Assembly (NCBI GenBank): GCA_013239625.1
Contig: MU053432.1
Span: 189,940 to 253,939, forward strand
DNA: 64,000 nt
From: Lama guanicoe
Lineage: Eukaryota
Reading direction: 5' to 3'
The first letter of the stretch is position 1; each line of letters begins with the position of its first letter. Shown in pieces: positions 38,238 to 52,700 of this stretch. The position numbers and the translations under genes are program-made. The notes under the pieces were generated by a model. The model was not told where the DNA came from. It made no database searches and was given only the letters and a program-made list of their open reading frames with translations.

Positions 38238-39334
38238 AAAAGATTAAATGGATGAAATTTCCTGTCTCAACAATAAAGTTGCATCTTGATACCTGTCTAT
38301 GAAACAAATATTCATTAAGCATACTATTAATCTTATTAATATATCTAATTAAGCCTGTTATTAATGACTACGGTTCTTGGCCTCTCAAGACTTACAGCCT
38401 AGTTCAGAAGATTATGCTTTCAGAAAACTGAGAACAAGTCGGGACAACATTTAACAATGTATTTAATCAACTATAATCAAATTTCATAATGTATAATCCA
38501 GACAGACAGTTTCCTGGGTGGTCAAGTGAGGGAGAGGGTTGGGAGGAGTTAGAAGGTGAAGAGGGGAGAGGCAAAGGCAGAACTCTTCCCTTGAAGGGTG
38601 AGTGCACTGAAAGGCAGGCCATTAAGGTTGGGAGAGAAGAGGGGAATTATTATATCTGCTTTCATGGGGGATAAACTAATCCGAATGTGCTCCCTACTGA
38701 GTCTCTGCACTGGAGTATCAGTTGATGGAAATGGAGGCCAGCTACACAGTTCACGTACAGTAATTATCATCATTATGAACACCAGGGATTAACACTGACC
38801 TGTCAGAAGACCGTGTGAGTAATGGGCGTTTCCCAAACCTGAAGCAACTGCAATTCCTGGCGAATCAGCTTTGAGTTAAGAAGTTTCTGTTCTTTATGCT
38901 TTTTCTATTTTGAGCCTCTAAATTGCTATTCAGATTAATAAGGTCATGCATACTTCACCTAAGAGAAGAAGGTTTGCAGGGAGGTCAGCCTGCCCTTTCT
39001 GCCACATGTGCGCAGCCATGAGTGAGGCGCGAGCCAACTGTGAGTTAGGAGATTACGAAATTCTAGAAAGAAAACGACTGCCCCAAAAGATCGCCCCTAA
39101 AAAAGCCAGTTCACATGCCTGAAATGGCACTATTACATAGTATGCAGTGGTACCCAGCTCTTTCCTTACAAATATAAGTATTCCTGAAGAAGGCTACACT
39201 GAGTCTCTCATCTTTTGGTTTGAATGGGATTAGCAGTCACCTGAGGGGAGAGAAGGCATAGAAAGAGGACAGGTCCCTGTCAGGAAAAGTAGGGGACAAA
39301 ATAACTGGTCTTTTCTAAAGGGAAAAGCCTCCTG

Positions 39335-39950
39335 TCCCCGGACTGCAGCGCCAGGACCAGTTCCTCCGCTTCTGCGGGCACCTGTCGTGTGCGGGAAGTC
39401 AGCGCGGCGGAGCCCGCCGCAGCCCGGCCCTGAGACCTGCGGGGTGGCTCGCCGGTCCCCCGGAGGGAGGGCTCGTGCGAGGACCCCTGGCGGGGCGCGC
39501 ATCCCCGGCGGCGGCGGGTGTATTTATGTAAGGGCTTAAGGAATGCGGAGGGCCGGCCCTGGCGTGCAATTCGGCAGCGAAGGGACTGATAACCCCCCAG
39601 GATATTGTTCAGAGCCCTGTCCCTGCCCCTACCCGGCGGAGCTCGCCAAGGCCTCTGCGCAGGCGGGGCAAAGGATGCTGCGGGTCCGCCCCACTGCGGG
39701 TCTCCTCGGGCCGCGAGGCCTGCTCATGGGGAATTCCAAGTTCAGCTAGACTGGAGGGGTTTAAATGAATGCCATGCTTTCTCCGAAGTCGGAGTTCGTG
39801 GGTCTTATTCCTGTGTCTAACCCCAGTTCTCATGTTCTGTTTCCAATCTGCAGCCACACGGACTCTCCAGCTGGCGATCGACACGCGTGCTGCCACCTCC
39901 AGGTGAAAAGGGGACACTGAGCGCATGGTAGCCGGACCGGCCGGTGACTG
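39335..39950. promoter_or_regulatory. CpG island / putative promoter
   Basis: About 600 bp of high GC and CpG density, a GC box (CCGCCCC at about 39686) and an AT island CATAAATA on the minus strand at about 39521-39531. Confidence 0.7.
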
Positions 39951-40139
39951 GAAGGAGGGTTCCAGGACAGGCTGAAGTGTGTTCCAGATTACTGGAACTA
40001 CTGGAATTACTGACGTTTAAATGTATTAATTCCTAAGAGCACAACAATTGATGAAAGACTTGATCTAGGCTCCACACATCCTCTGGCGGTTTCCCTTTGG
40101 TTTGTTTCTGCATTTTGTGGATTTGGAAGGGGATTGATG

Positions 40140-40272
40140 GGGGAGAATACAGCTCAAGTGGAAGAGCGCATGCTTACAACACACGAGGTCCTGGGTTCAA
40201 TCCCCAGTACTTCGCCAATAAACAAACAAACAAACAAACAAATGTAATTACCTCCCCTCAAAAAAAAAAAAA
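40140..40272 (+). mobile_element. tRNA-derived SINE (vic-1-like)
   Basis: A and B boxes; TSD GGAAGGGGATTGATG at 40125-40139 and 40273-40287. Confidence 0.92.
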
Positions 40273-43200
40273 GGAAGGGGATTGATGCTATATATTTGCA
40301 CAGATGCAGTTCAGTGCTTTAAAACAGGCGTTCACCACCAGTGAGTGAAAGTGATCCTCTGTGACGTCACTGTGGTTTCCATCGCAGCCGACTCTCCCCC
40401 GCCTATATTGCTGAGAGTGGCCCCCAGGACACACCAGTGGTCATCATCTGGGTCACTCACACAGGAGGGCACCTCTTTGCCCTGTATTCTTTCCCATGGC
40501 GACTCCTTCATCAGGCATTCCAATACCATAATTTAGAAAGTGAATGATTATTTTAAAAATAATTTTAGAACAGTTCCTAATATTAGAGTGATGGCTAAGG
40601 ATACTGACTCTGAGGTCAGGCTGCTTAGTTTTAATCCTGACTCAAACTTTTTAACTTTGTGGCCTTGAGGTTACTTATTCTGTGCCTTACCATCCTTGCT
40701 GACTAAATGGAAATGATAATACAGTCCTCATTGGATTGTAGTGCATTTTAAGTGAGATAACGCACGTGAGTGCATACAGTGTAGTCTACTAAGAAAGAGG
40801 ATGTGATCTGAGCTTAAAGAACCCGTATGCGTGTTCAGGCCTTGACACTTGCTAATTTGGGGGATATGGCATGAGTTATTTCACTTCTCTGTGCCTTGGG
40901 TTTATCGTCTATAAAACAGAGATGATAAGAGCATCTATCTCACAGATTATTTATGAGAATTAAATGAAATATATCTACTAGGCTTAGATACAGTAAGTAC
41001 TCAAATGATAGTCTTTTAAACCTGAACTAGACTTTACTATATTCAGCATTCTGTTGTTTGGAAGATTCTGGTCTTTAAACTCCCGGGCAAACAATTTCTT
41101 CTGTTTGTTCATCATTTTACAGCTGTCTTGAGTACAACTGTATGTAATCCTTCCATTGCCTTGGGAGATAGATGTCCGTATTCCCATTTTACAGATGAAT
41201 AAACTAAGGCTCGGAGCGGTTTAGTGATTTGCCTGATGTCATCCAGCAAGTGGACAAAAATGCATGCCCCCCCCAAGAAAATGCACTCCCAGCCCTTCTC
41301 TCCCCAAGACAAGGGCTCTTTTTACTATATCAAGGCTGCCTTGTGGTTCTCTTAATTGTGACGAGTACACATTTTCTTTTACAACCCTTTGTCAGATTTC
41401 TATACCATGACTACAATTTTTTATGTTATATCAACTTCCTAAAACCAGCCTGCCAAATTTCAAGAAAACTGCACTTAGAGCCTTTTCTTCTTCATAACAA
41501 AACTTTTCTTCATGACTTATTAATGGATTGGCCTATTCAGTGTTGCTCTGAGTGGAGGATGGAGAGAGACAGCAGATGGAGCCACTGGGGGTGGCGGCAT
41601 CTCAAGAACCACCATTGTGTTAAGCCCGAGCCCCACACTCCCCCTTCTGAAATGCCCCCCCAACAGAGTTGAAATTACTTATTTCTTCCTCTTTCTTCCC
41701 TGACCGTGAGCTCTGTGAAGCTCAAGGCTGCATCTAACATGTCAGTTGTCTCAAAGTTCTTTCAATTTCCTTTCCATGGAAGAGAAAGTCATAGAAGAAA
41801 GACTTTTCACCGAAAGGAGTCAGGAAACAAGATGACATTTCTTTAGACCCTTGATAACAGGTCCATCCCAAACTATAGGGAAAGAAATTAAGGATAGATT
41901 CGATAATTTGGGGCTAAATATCTCATTGAAGCACTCTCTTTCCTGATTAGTAATAATAACAATTATTGCTTATCAAATGACAACTATGAGGCAGGCACCA
42001 AACTCTGCGTGTTACACACATGAGCTCCTTTTAAGTTCTGCAGTGACCCTAACATCCTATGCACTTTATTCATCCTCGACTTCCTGATAGAGAAGCAGGC
42101 TGAGAGACTAACGTAGAGCAGAGAGATGGGGTGAGTGTGTGCACACTTCCCAGCCCAACCATCTTGATTCTTTCTCTTTGATTTATTTTCCACCCCCATC
42201 AGCCAGGGTTTATACCAGAGTCATCTTCTTTGGCTCCTTCCCTGACTGTGCCTGGCACTGCTGGCCCTGAGTTCCTGGCACCAGGGCGAGGGGGCCTATC
42301 CAGTGTCAGAGATCAGCAAAGCCCTTCAGGTGACAGACGGCCACTTGCCTTCCCAGTGAACTGCACCCCCACCTCCAGCGAGTGGCTTCAATGACATCTG
42401 GCAGCCAAGACCTTGTCTGTCCCGCAGCCAGTCCTCGCCCAGCTCACAGGAAGCAGCTGTCCCTTGAGTGCTCACCAAACATTTCTGTTTGGTTCATGGA
42501 GTCCTGAGCCTCCCTGTTCTGTTCCCTTGTCCTTATTTGTCCCCACCCATCAGAACCCCCCAGAGCCAGATCCTTTTTATGACTGATGGCACAGCCAGTT
42601 TGTGTCTGGGATCTGATTTCCAAATACTCAACAGTTCCAGTAATTTCAGCAGTAACTGCACAGGTGGCCCCAGACCATTCGTGGCTTCTGTTCCCAATAT
42701 ATTTTTTTTTAACTTTTCAAAGGTTGTTTAGAATTCCAAGCTCATGGAAGACACGTAGGAAGCCAAACAGCTCTACAGCGATGTGGCACTTGAGGAGAAG
42801 CAACGACAACCAAAGAAGGAGGGAAAGTAGGTGGAGACTCTGAAAGGATGTTCTGAGCAACTTGAGAGGCCACAGAACAATAATTCCCAACTCCCAGCAG
42901 CAGAGGGATACTGCGAGACCTTGTTAAAAGGCAAAGATGCTGATTTCTCAGGTCTGGTACACAGCCCAGAAGTTAGAGGCAACAGGAACACTTCCACTGC
43001 GGGAGGTCCACGGGTAACACTCAGAGACAGGCTGACTGGGGGACCAAGGACTTTTGAGAGAGGGAGCCTGCATCCCCAGGGAGGAGGCCTTGGAGCAAGG
43101 AGATGGAGAAGGGTTTCCTGAGGAAAGTATCCAGGAGGGAGGACAAGCAGGAAGGAGGAGACGGGGGATGTGCTATGGATGAGAAGGGGGTTCAGAGACC

Positions 43201-43392
43201 CCCCAGCAGCCACTTCCTGAAGGGACCTAAAAGTTAAATTCTGTATACAACTCATAAATCCTACCTCTCCAGCGACAGTTCGGCATCCTCTCTTAAACAC
43301 ATGCAGTGTGGGAAATGCAACAGTGGCTCCTCCCAGTTTTAATCCTTCTTGGAATTATTTTTATTCTATTGAACCAAAATCTATCTATTTGA

Positions 43393-43530
43393 GGGGAGGG
43401 TATAGCTCAAGTGGTAGAGGACATGCTTAGCATGCACGAAGTCCTGGGTTCAATCCCCAGTACCTCCTCTTTATTTTTTTTAAATAAATAAACCTAATTA
43501 TCTCCCCCTGCAAATAAACAAACAAATAAA
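43393..43530 (+). mobile_element. tRNA-derived SINE (vic-1-like)
   Basis: GGGGAGGGTATAGCTCAAGTGGTAGAG...GGTTCAATCCCCAGTACCTCC...AAACCTAATTA. Confidence 0.92.
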
Positions 43531-46500
43531 TTTCAGTCCTAATTTTCCATTTGATTCTCTTTCATACCTTCTGTTTCCTTGCCGAGACAGTCTGTTTTTC
43601 ATTAGTCTTAAGTACGTTTCTAACTGCTCACGGAAGCATTTTTATAACAGCTTCTCTAAAATCTGTGTCACCTCAGCGTTGGCATCTGCTGATTGTCATG
43701 TCTCACTCAAGTTGAAATTTCCCTAGTCTCTTGACATGCTGAGTGATTTTCCATTATATCCTGGGCATTTGGGGATTTATAAGGCTCTAGATCTTATTTA
43801 AATTTTGTGTTTTAGCAGGCCACTTCTGACACCGTGCCATCAGGGAAAGGGGGTCGCTGCCTCATTGCTGACAGGCAGGGTGCCAGTCCATACTCCGCAC
43901 TTGGCCTCCACGGACATCCCAGCGTGGGAGGGGCATCTTGTTAACATCGGGGCTGGGGGTGATGAGGGTTCCAGCCCCCTACATAGCCTTCACAGACACC
44001 ATGGAGTTCACTATGGGGGACACCAACCCTGCAGGGAAGGGATGGGGTTCCTCACTGCAGTCAGATGGGGGTAAAAGTTTAGGTTCTCTTGGCCTGTGCA
44101 GACAGGGATGGGGCTACAGTTTTTTTTTTTTTTACATGGGTCATCTTTTTCTGTTTATTTATGTACCTGGTAATTTTCGGTTGGATACTAGACATTGTAA
44201 ATTTTACCTTGTTAATTGTTAGATATTTTTGTGTTCTTATAAATATTCATAAGCTCAGTCCTGGGATACATTTACTTGGGGACAGTTTGATCCTGTCAGG
44301 CTGTGCCATTTGGGACGGTCCTGGGAAGTGCTGGGTGTAAGGCTGCTTATTCCCCACGACTGAAGCAAGTCTAAGAACAAGGACATTCCCTTACGTAGCC
44401 ACGATATAGTTTCTTCACTCAGAAAATTTAACATTGATAGCAAACTGTTATAAAAAATATAGTCAGCATTCAAATTTGGTTCAAATCGTTTGTAACAACT
44501 TTTTTTCCAGTCCGGTCATGAATTGCATTTCTTTTTTTCAAAGACATATTTTAAAATATAACCCAAAAGAATCTCCAGTTGGTCAAATGCCAGGTCCTAG
44601 AGAAGGTGAGATGCCATGCTTGCCCTGCGAGGCTGAGCCTAGGATTCTGCCCCAACAGTCCAGCCCCATCCCTCGTTTGTTCAGTTTTCTCCCCAGTCTC
44701 TACCTCTGCCCTCTGCTTCTCTCCTTTTTCTACTGTCTCGTGCTTCCAGTGTCTTGAGGGCTTCCCGGTGGTAGGAGAGAGGGAGTGACACACTGGGGAC
44801 CGCGCCTGGTCACTGCCTTCTAGGAACCTCTCCCTGGTACCTGCAGACAGGATGTATTCCTCCTCATTTGGCTCTTTGATGAGTGCAAAGTGGAAACCCT
44901 CAAAGTGCTCAATGGGGCATAAAGGCTGACTGAAAAAATGAGGTTTCAAGCAAATAGACAAACCCAGCAGTGAAAATCAATGAGATTAAAGCTGCCCTGT
45001 TAGAAAATAAATGAGGTGCAAAGGGATCAACCATGAAATATGAGTCAGCAGACCTCATCCAGGAAATCCCAGACCAGTACTGCTCAGGCCGGGGGCCTCC
45101 CCATGTCTCCACCAGTCTCCCCATCTGCTACCACCTGCCCCTTCCTGCCAGTGCACCCACATGCTTTGGCCTTCTGGAAATGCCCCAGTTGCTGATTACT
45201 GAAATCTGACATCAAGACCACACCAGATCTCCCTCCTTGATTACTGCAGCCAGATCCTCTGCATCTCCACAGTTCTCTGTTCTGTCACTCTTGTGCCACT
45301 GATCTGGGTCTTCCTATACCCAAAGTTTTGGGGTATTTGGATTCTAAGCCCCTCCCAGACTGCAAGCTCCTGTGATGTCATGAAAATTTTTAAATATTTG
45401 CTTTGGAATCAAGCCTGTTTCAAATCCCCAAAAATGTATGCCCCTGGGCTAGTTTCTAATCTTCTCTGAACCTCTGTTTCCTTATCTGTACACTAAGACC
45501 ATAATATCTCATGCAATTATGATGAAAATTAGATGAAATAAATTATGCAAAGGCCTCAGTCCAGTGCCTTGCATGTTTAAAATTTTCAACAAATGTAAGT
45601 TCTCTTCCTCACTTTTGAATCCCCAAAGCTTAAAATATGTTGCCAGTAATTTTTATGCAAATTACTGGCTTACAATCACATGACTAATGCACACTCATTC
45701 GGAAAGTATAGAAAACGTAGAAGAATCAGAAAATAGAAAGAAGCAAAAAGAAAACAGAAAATCTATAATTTTCAAACCCAAAGATACTAGTGCATAAATT
45801 GATACACATCTTTTGAAGTTTTAGAAAGATGTAGTCACTATAACACTGTACACAGTGCTTTCTAATCTGCTTTTTAATATGTAAATGAGACAAACATCTT
45901 TCATTGTCCACGAATAGATTTATACAACGTTATCCATAATGACTATAGAGTGACATCGTATAAGGATTTCTCAACTTAGCCAGTCCCCTACTCTTGATCA
46001 TTTGCATTTTGTTCACTAAGCCATTGCTGGGATGAACATGCTTGTAAATCTTTGCTCTCATTTCAATTAAATTCCTGAGAGTGGAATTGCTAAAATGAGG
46101 GGTATGGGGAAAAGTTAATACTTCTGGCACACATTGCCACATTACTCTCCCGAATGATCATGTCAATTTCTATTTCTCACCTACTCAAGGTATATAGTCA
46201 TTCTTTTCTGGTCTTTGCTAAAGAGAAAATGGTACCTAATTGCTATTTTACTTTCCTTAAAAAAAAAATCACTTGTGGTTAAATGTGGAACTGAATGAAT
46301 ATAATTCTCCTTTCATTCTGACCATCAAAGCAAAGTCATCTACACATTTTGCCAGCATTGCTCGGCCAGGATGAGTGGTTATGAAGAAAAAATGGTCATA
46401 ATTTGGACAAAGCTAATTTAAGAACCAAAATGATAGAGGAACAAGGACATCTGCAGTGTTGGGAGGAAATGGAGAGAACTGGGGCAAAGCGGGGACCTCA

Positions 46501-46696
46501 AGGGGCTGGGTTTGGAGAAGTAGTAAGTTTGGGATGGAACAAACCCAGTGACCATTGTAAAGTCAGTTACGGCTCTGCTCATTGGGAGCATTGCTGGAGT
46601 TGCCACATTGGTGGATGGGTTAGTTTTTATTCTCTTACATCAGCTCATTGTATAATATTTGTCCCTTAATAATCATTTTCCTCATTCTCAATGGGC

Positions 46697-46722
46697 ATCA
46701 TCATCATCATCATCATCATCAT
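46697..46722. repeat. (CAT)n microsatellite
   Basis: About eight or nine CAT units at the edge of a MIR. Confidence 0.9.
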
Positions 46723-48261
46723 AAATGTAACTAACATTTGCTGAGCATTTTCCACAGGCCAGGTGTTATACTCTACTTGCATTATCTAATTTGACCCTTA
46801 CGACGTTCCCATAAAGTTTGTGCTATCAAGGTACCCATTTCCAGATGAGGAAACTGAGTCTAGGAGAGATGGAGGGTCTTGCTCAAGGGCACAGAGCTAG
46901 TAATCAAGGGAGCAAGGATGACAACTCAGGCCTGCCTTTCTTCCAAGACTAAGTTTTTAACCACAACATTTCTCAAGGGCCGCTTAGCTGATGAATTGTA
47001 CTAGATACCAGTTCAAGGTGAAGGGCAAACAGCCATGAGAAAATAAAGGTTAAAAGACTCCCAATGGCAATTCTACATGAAGAATGGGGAATTCTCTCTC
47101 CCTCCATCCTCAGTCCACTCTGATGGCTCATCTAAGGCCCCGGTTTTCCAAGCATTTGATTTGGTCTTCCCCCTGACTACTTCATTAAAGCCCTCCTCAC
47201 CAAGCAGGGGAGAATTTAATGCACTTGACTCCTTGGAGATTTGATGCTCCTTTAGGCCTAGAGAACCGATCTCCTTACTCACACATCCTTATCCCTTTCT
47301 CCCCTGGCAAGCCAATCTAAAATGGGTACCAGGAACTCACACTTGTCAAGCCTCATTTTGCACCTGCCTACCACCCCAAGGCTTGTATCTGTGCTTGCTG
47401 GGGCTCCCCTAACACAAACCCGTAAGTGGGACCTGGCCACATCTACAGTGGACAGGTGCGGACTCGAAGACTTAGGAGAGAGATGCAGAAGGACCCTTCC
47501 ACTGGCGGCTTCTGATGGTTAACCCAGGGCAGCCCATGGTCCCCTTGGATTTTCATGCTGTAAAGATTTGGAATCACTTCAAGACAGAGGAGTTTGAGTC
47601 CCACAGAGTTCAAAGCCTGGCCTTGACATGAAAGCTGTCTTCTCCCTCCGGCCCATTCTGACCAGCCGAGTGGGAGATCCATTGAAGCCACTCTGATGGT
47701 TTTCTCTTCCTGTTACAATGTCTTCTCATCACAGCGTCTTCCTGGAAAAGGCCAAGATTAGCACTTTATTTCAGCCCATTGCAACACAAGCTGCTTCCCA
47801 GCAGCTAAAGCGAGGTTTGAGGGAGCGAAAGAAAAACTTGCTACTCTGTTTCCCAGCTAAATCCCACTTCTTTCATGAGGTTTTCTCGACCACTCCTGCC
47901 AGCAAGTCCTTGGGCTGCATCTCTCCTGCTCTTCAGCTGTTCTGACCTCCTAGAACACTGCTTGTCTTCTTTAGCCATTTACATAATGCCTTGCTGGTTT
48001 CATCACCCATTGACATGTGAACGCTGCCTCGTCTCCTTAACCAGATTGTGCACATCTGGAGGGACAGAGCTCTATTTTAAGATATTTCTGTATCTTCCCC
48101 CAGCTCAGAATATGGTGGTATGTGCCTTCCCTGATCACCCCATTTAAACTCCAAACAAACCACCCCTCCATTCCAATCTGGAATATAACTTACTTATTTT
48201 GTTTAATATCTGCGCCCCATTGGAAGAAGTTTAGCCCCAGAAAGACAGGGATTTGAAAAAA

Positions 48262-49734
48262 ATTTTTTTTATTGAAGTACAGTCAGTTACCATGTGTCAG
48301 TTTCTGGTGTACAGCACAATGTCCCAGTCATGCATATACATACATAAATTCATTTTCACATTTTTGTATATATATATTTTGTTGTTGTTGTTAAAGTACA
48401 GTCAGTTTACAATGTGTCAATTTCTGGTGCACAGCACAATGCTTCAGTCATACATGAACATACTTTTTTTTCATTTTCATATTCTTTTTCACCAGAAGTT
48501 ACTGCAAGATAATGAATATAGTTCCCTGTGCTATACAGCATGAACTTGTTATTTATCTACTCTATATGTATCAGTTAGTATCTGCAAATCTCTAACTCCC
48601 AATTTATCCCCTCCCACCCCCCTCCCACACTGGTAACCACAAATTTGTTCTCTATGTCTGAGTGTCTGTTTCTGCTTTGCAAATAGGATTCCACATATAA
48701 GTAATATCATATGATATTTTTCTTTCTCTTTCTGGCTTATTTTACTTAGAATGACGATCTCCAGGTCCATCTGTGTTGCTGCAAATGGCATTATTTTAGT
48801 CTTTTTTAAGGCTGAGTATTCCATTGTATAAATACACCACCACTTCTTTATCCAGTCATCTGTTGATGGACATTTAGGTGGCTTCCATGTCTTGGTTATT
48901 GTAAATAGTGCTGCTATGAATATTGGAGTGCATGTATCTTTTCGAATTAGGGTTCCCTCCAGATATATGGCCAGTGGGACTGCTGGATCATATTGTAAGT
49001 TTATTTTTAGTATTTTGAGGACTCTCCATACTGTTTTCCATAGTGACTGCACCAAACTACATTTCCACCAACAGTGTAGGAGGGTTCCCTTTTCTCCACA
49101 GCCTCTCCAGTATTTATCATTTGTGGACTTTTGAATGATGGCCATTCTGACTGGTGTAGGGTGATATCTAATTATAGTGTTGATTTGCATTTCTCTGATA
49201 ATTAGTGATATTGAGCATTTTTTCATGTGTCTATAGGCCATTTGTATGTCTTCATTGAAGAATTGCTTGTTTAAGTCTTCTGCCCATTTTTGGATTGGGT
49301 TGTTTGCTTCTTTTTATTATTATTAAGTTATACGAGCTGTTTATATATTCTGGAAATTAAACCTTTGTCGGCTGCATCATTTGCAAATATTTTCTCCCAT
49401 TCTGTAGGTTGTCATTTTGTTTTGCTCATTTTGCTGTGCAAAAATGTTTAAGTTTAATTAGGTCCCATTTGTTTATTTTTGCTCTTATTTCTTTTGCCTG
49501 GGTAGACTGCCCTAGGAGAACATTGCTAAGACTGAAGTCAGATAATGTTTTGCCTATGTTTTCTTCTAGGAGATTAAAGTGTCTTATTTCATATGTAAGT
49601 CTTTGAGCCATTTTGAGTTTATTTGTGTGTGTGGTGTGGGGGAGTGTTCTAATTTCACCAATTTCTGTGCTGCTGTCCAGTTTTCTCAACACCACTTGCT
49701 GAAAAGACTGTCTTTTCTCCATTGTATATTCTTG
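48262..49734 (-). mobile_element. 5'-truncated L1 (about 1.5 kb) with two tandem 3' termini
   Basis: ORF2 C-terminal peptide at 48549-49241 ([16 protein letters not shown]...TLLHCWW...[11 protein letters not shown]); near-TSD CCAGAAAGACAGGGATTT / CCAGAAAGGGATTT. Confidence 0.93.
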
Positions 49735-52700
49735 CCAGAAAGGGATTTTCACCTGCTTCGTTCAACTGATTTTTCACCCACATTTAAAATAGTGCCTGAC
49801 ACAGAGTGAGCATTCAATAAATATGTGTTGAATTAACAGATGAATCAAAGGATGAATAACGTGGAAGACTATGAAGTAAAGAACCCGTCAGCATAAACGG
49901 CAGGATGACCTTTTTCATTTTCAGCTTTTCAGTGAGTATTTTATGTGTTGTTCTTTATGAATTTCAGGAGAATTTCTTTAGGCTGTCAAATAAATTTCAT
50001 TTCTTTCTAGCTCAGGAAATCCTAAGGTAAAGAATAACCACCAGTACTTAACTGAGTTGCCACTATGCACCCATAACTATATATTTTCATTTAATTAACA
50101 CTCCTCTCCCCTAGGTTGATATTGTTAAAATGAACCATCTTACAGATGAGGATCTGAATCTTCTGAAAGGTAAATAACTTGCCTGGTCCCCAGCTAGGAA
50201 GTGGTGAGGCCAGGACTTGCACCCAGCCCACTGTAGTTCATCACTGCTCAGCTTTTCTGCCTTAACAGAATCCAGACTTCCAGGATGACCCTTGTGCTTC
50301 TTCCCTACGATGTTCAGGTCCTGGCCAGCCCAGCCCAGCCCAGCCTTTCCCAACACGAGACCGGATCCTGGGGATCCATGGACAAGCTACAAGCCAGCTA
50401 CTACCTGGAGAACTAAAGTGGGGCAAGTTTTTGATAGGAAACACAGCTGCAATTGTGCAAGGACTGAAATGGTTAACCCTAGAGATTGCCTCTGGGGCTC
50501 CCTGTTCCCTGGGCTTTCATGGCTAACCAAGGGCTTGTAAATGGACACATTCTTTTCAGCTATATTAAAACCATTATCCAGGCCTGGGATTCAGTTTGTC
50601 TCTTTTCAGTGACTTCGCATATCTCTGATCTGAAGCACAGACACCATATTCATAGGGTGATTTAAATACCCTCTCCTTTCCTTTCTTCTCATATCCTGGG
50701 CATAACACATACCACCCTCACTAACTACTCAGTCAATATGCAGCCGACTCCTGGCCCCCGCTGTGAGGATGGAGATTACAGAGAATGAGGGGAGGGGGGC
50801 TCAAGGAGCATGGCCAGGGCTCAGAGCTGTTGGCATGAGGTATCTGAAAAGTACCAACTAACGGAGGAGTAAAAAGATTTTTTAGCAACATGGAGAATCC
50901 AGCTGAAGTTGGAAATCATTAATTTGCTCTGGAGCCAGGCAGCCTGGTTGTGGAATTTTCTCCAGCTGAACTCCAGCAGAGAAAACAAACAGTAAGGGGA
51001 CTTCAGGGTTGGGAGATGGCCTGACAGGTGCACAGAGAGAGGAAGTGGCGGGTTGTTGATGAGAATGTAGCTGAGACAATTGCCAGTGGGTCCCAGGCTG
51101 GAAAAGGGAGGGAGGCGAAGCCAGGAGGAACTCATACCCAGACTGTCCCAGCTCAGACAGGCTGTGGGTGAACCTGCCAGGACCCCAGAGGGATGGAGAT
51201 GGGGGAGTCCCAGAAAAGGCAAGTCGAGGACAGAGGAAACAAATGCAGCTGACACTCCTGTGCTCAGTAGGGACCAGTAACCTGAACAGCCCCATCTCCT
51301 CCCACAAGCGAGACAGCAGGAACCCTACACAGTGCCCTGGGACCATGCCATTCCCTGCGCATCAGGGATTCCCCAGACATCAAGGCTACGCAAAGCCGCA
51401 GCTTGCCAGGAACAGCTCATCCTCTCAAGCCAAATCTCTCCAGTTTCACCTTTTATTTGAATGACACGAATCTCTCACAGCATCAAAAGCATCGCTGAAG
51501 AATTAAATCTCAAGAAAGCAGCAACCAGGAAAGCCTGGATCTCAAGGTCTAGAACCAGGGACTCAAAACCACTCAGATCCTGGCTGTCTGTTCAGAGTCC
51601 CTCTCTCCTTTGCTTGGTGAGTTACCTTTATTCTCTCTAAGAAACTTCAGATTCTAATCCTAACTCTGCCCGTCCGTTTCCCCACTGAGTGACCTTAAGC
51701 CAGTTACTTACCTTTTCTGTGCCTCAGTTTCCTCGTGGAGATAATAGCAGTGTGTACCTCATAGGGTTCCTTGCAGAGTGAATAATTTAACACTCGTAAA
51801 GCACTTGGAAGAGTCCCTGTCTCCTCCCCAAGTTGTTTCTCTTCCAAGAGAAGAGTCTGGACACCAAGGATTTAATCAGCAACTTGCCATCGAGGTTGAA
51901 GGTGATAAACTGGGGTCCCACTCAAGCCAATACCGGGATCCACAGAGACCCAATCTTGTGGATGGGCTGGAGGGTCAGCAGAAGCTGCGGTGCCACTCAG
52001 AGTCAGGCCTATCGTCTTCTTAAGAGCAGGGCAATCTATCCTGAACCTTGGTAATTACTCTCAGACCCCTACCCTGCCATTGGTTCCCTTGGTCATCAGT
52101 AGATGACCACACCTACTTGTCAAAGGGAAACTGGGCATCTTGCCCTCCACTCCCTTCTCCTACATTCAGATTTATCTGCTTTGAAATCCATCCACATTGC
52201 CTTTCCTCCATCTCTGGGAATGAGGTGCCCATTCCTATTCAAGAAGAACCCCTCCTCATGTCCTTTAACGCCCTCACACTCTTCCTCAGGACTGTTCCTC
52301 CGTCAGCCATCCTCTCTCTCCATACTCCCCATGCATCTTTCGCCTCTTTCTCCTGGCCCCTTCCCATAGCACTGAAACAAGCTCAGGTCTCTCCTACTCT
52401 AAAGACAAATAGATATCTCTAGACTCCCCCTTCCTTAAGTCTCCACTTCCCCTCCCAGGATAGCATCTCAAAAAGTCATCTCCACTCACTGACTCTACTT
52501 TCTCCCCTCCCATCCTCAACTTTCTTTTCTCCAGCTCCCACTCTTACTTCTCCTAAGAAGCTGATGTTTCCACTAACTACCAAAAGCCTGGGCTTCTGCT
52601 ACACTGGACATCATTACTACCCTTCCTTTAAACTTTCTCCTCCCTGGTTTCTATAGTAACACTCTCCCTGCTCATTCCCCTGCCTCTCAAACCACTCCTT

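Noticed and set aside
41229..43300. 147-aa (41229-41672) and 175-aa (42773-43300) ORFs
   Set aside because: No recognisable homology or exon structure; lengths are compatible with chance.
43393..43465. tRNA gene-like sequences (also at 14206, 38068, 40140 and others)
   Set aside because: They are SINE heads followed by a shared tail, A-rich ends and usually TSDs.
48549..49241. 230-aa ORF as a host gene
   Set aside because: L1 ORF2 C-terminus of a truncated element.
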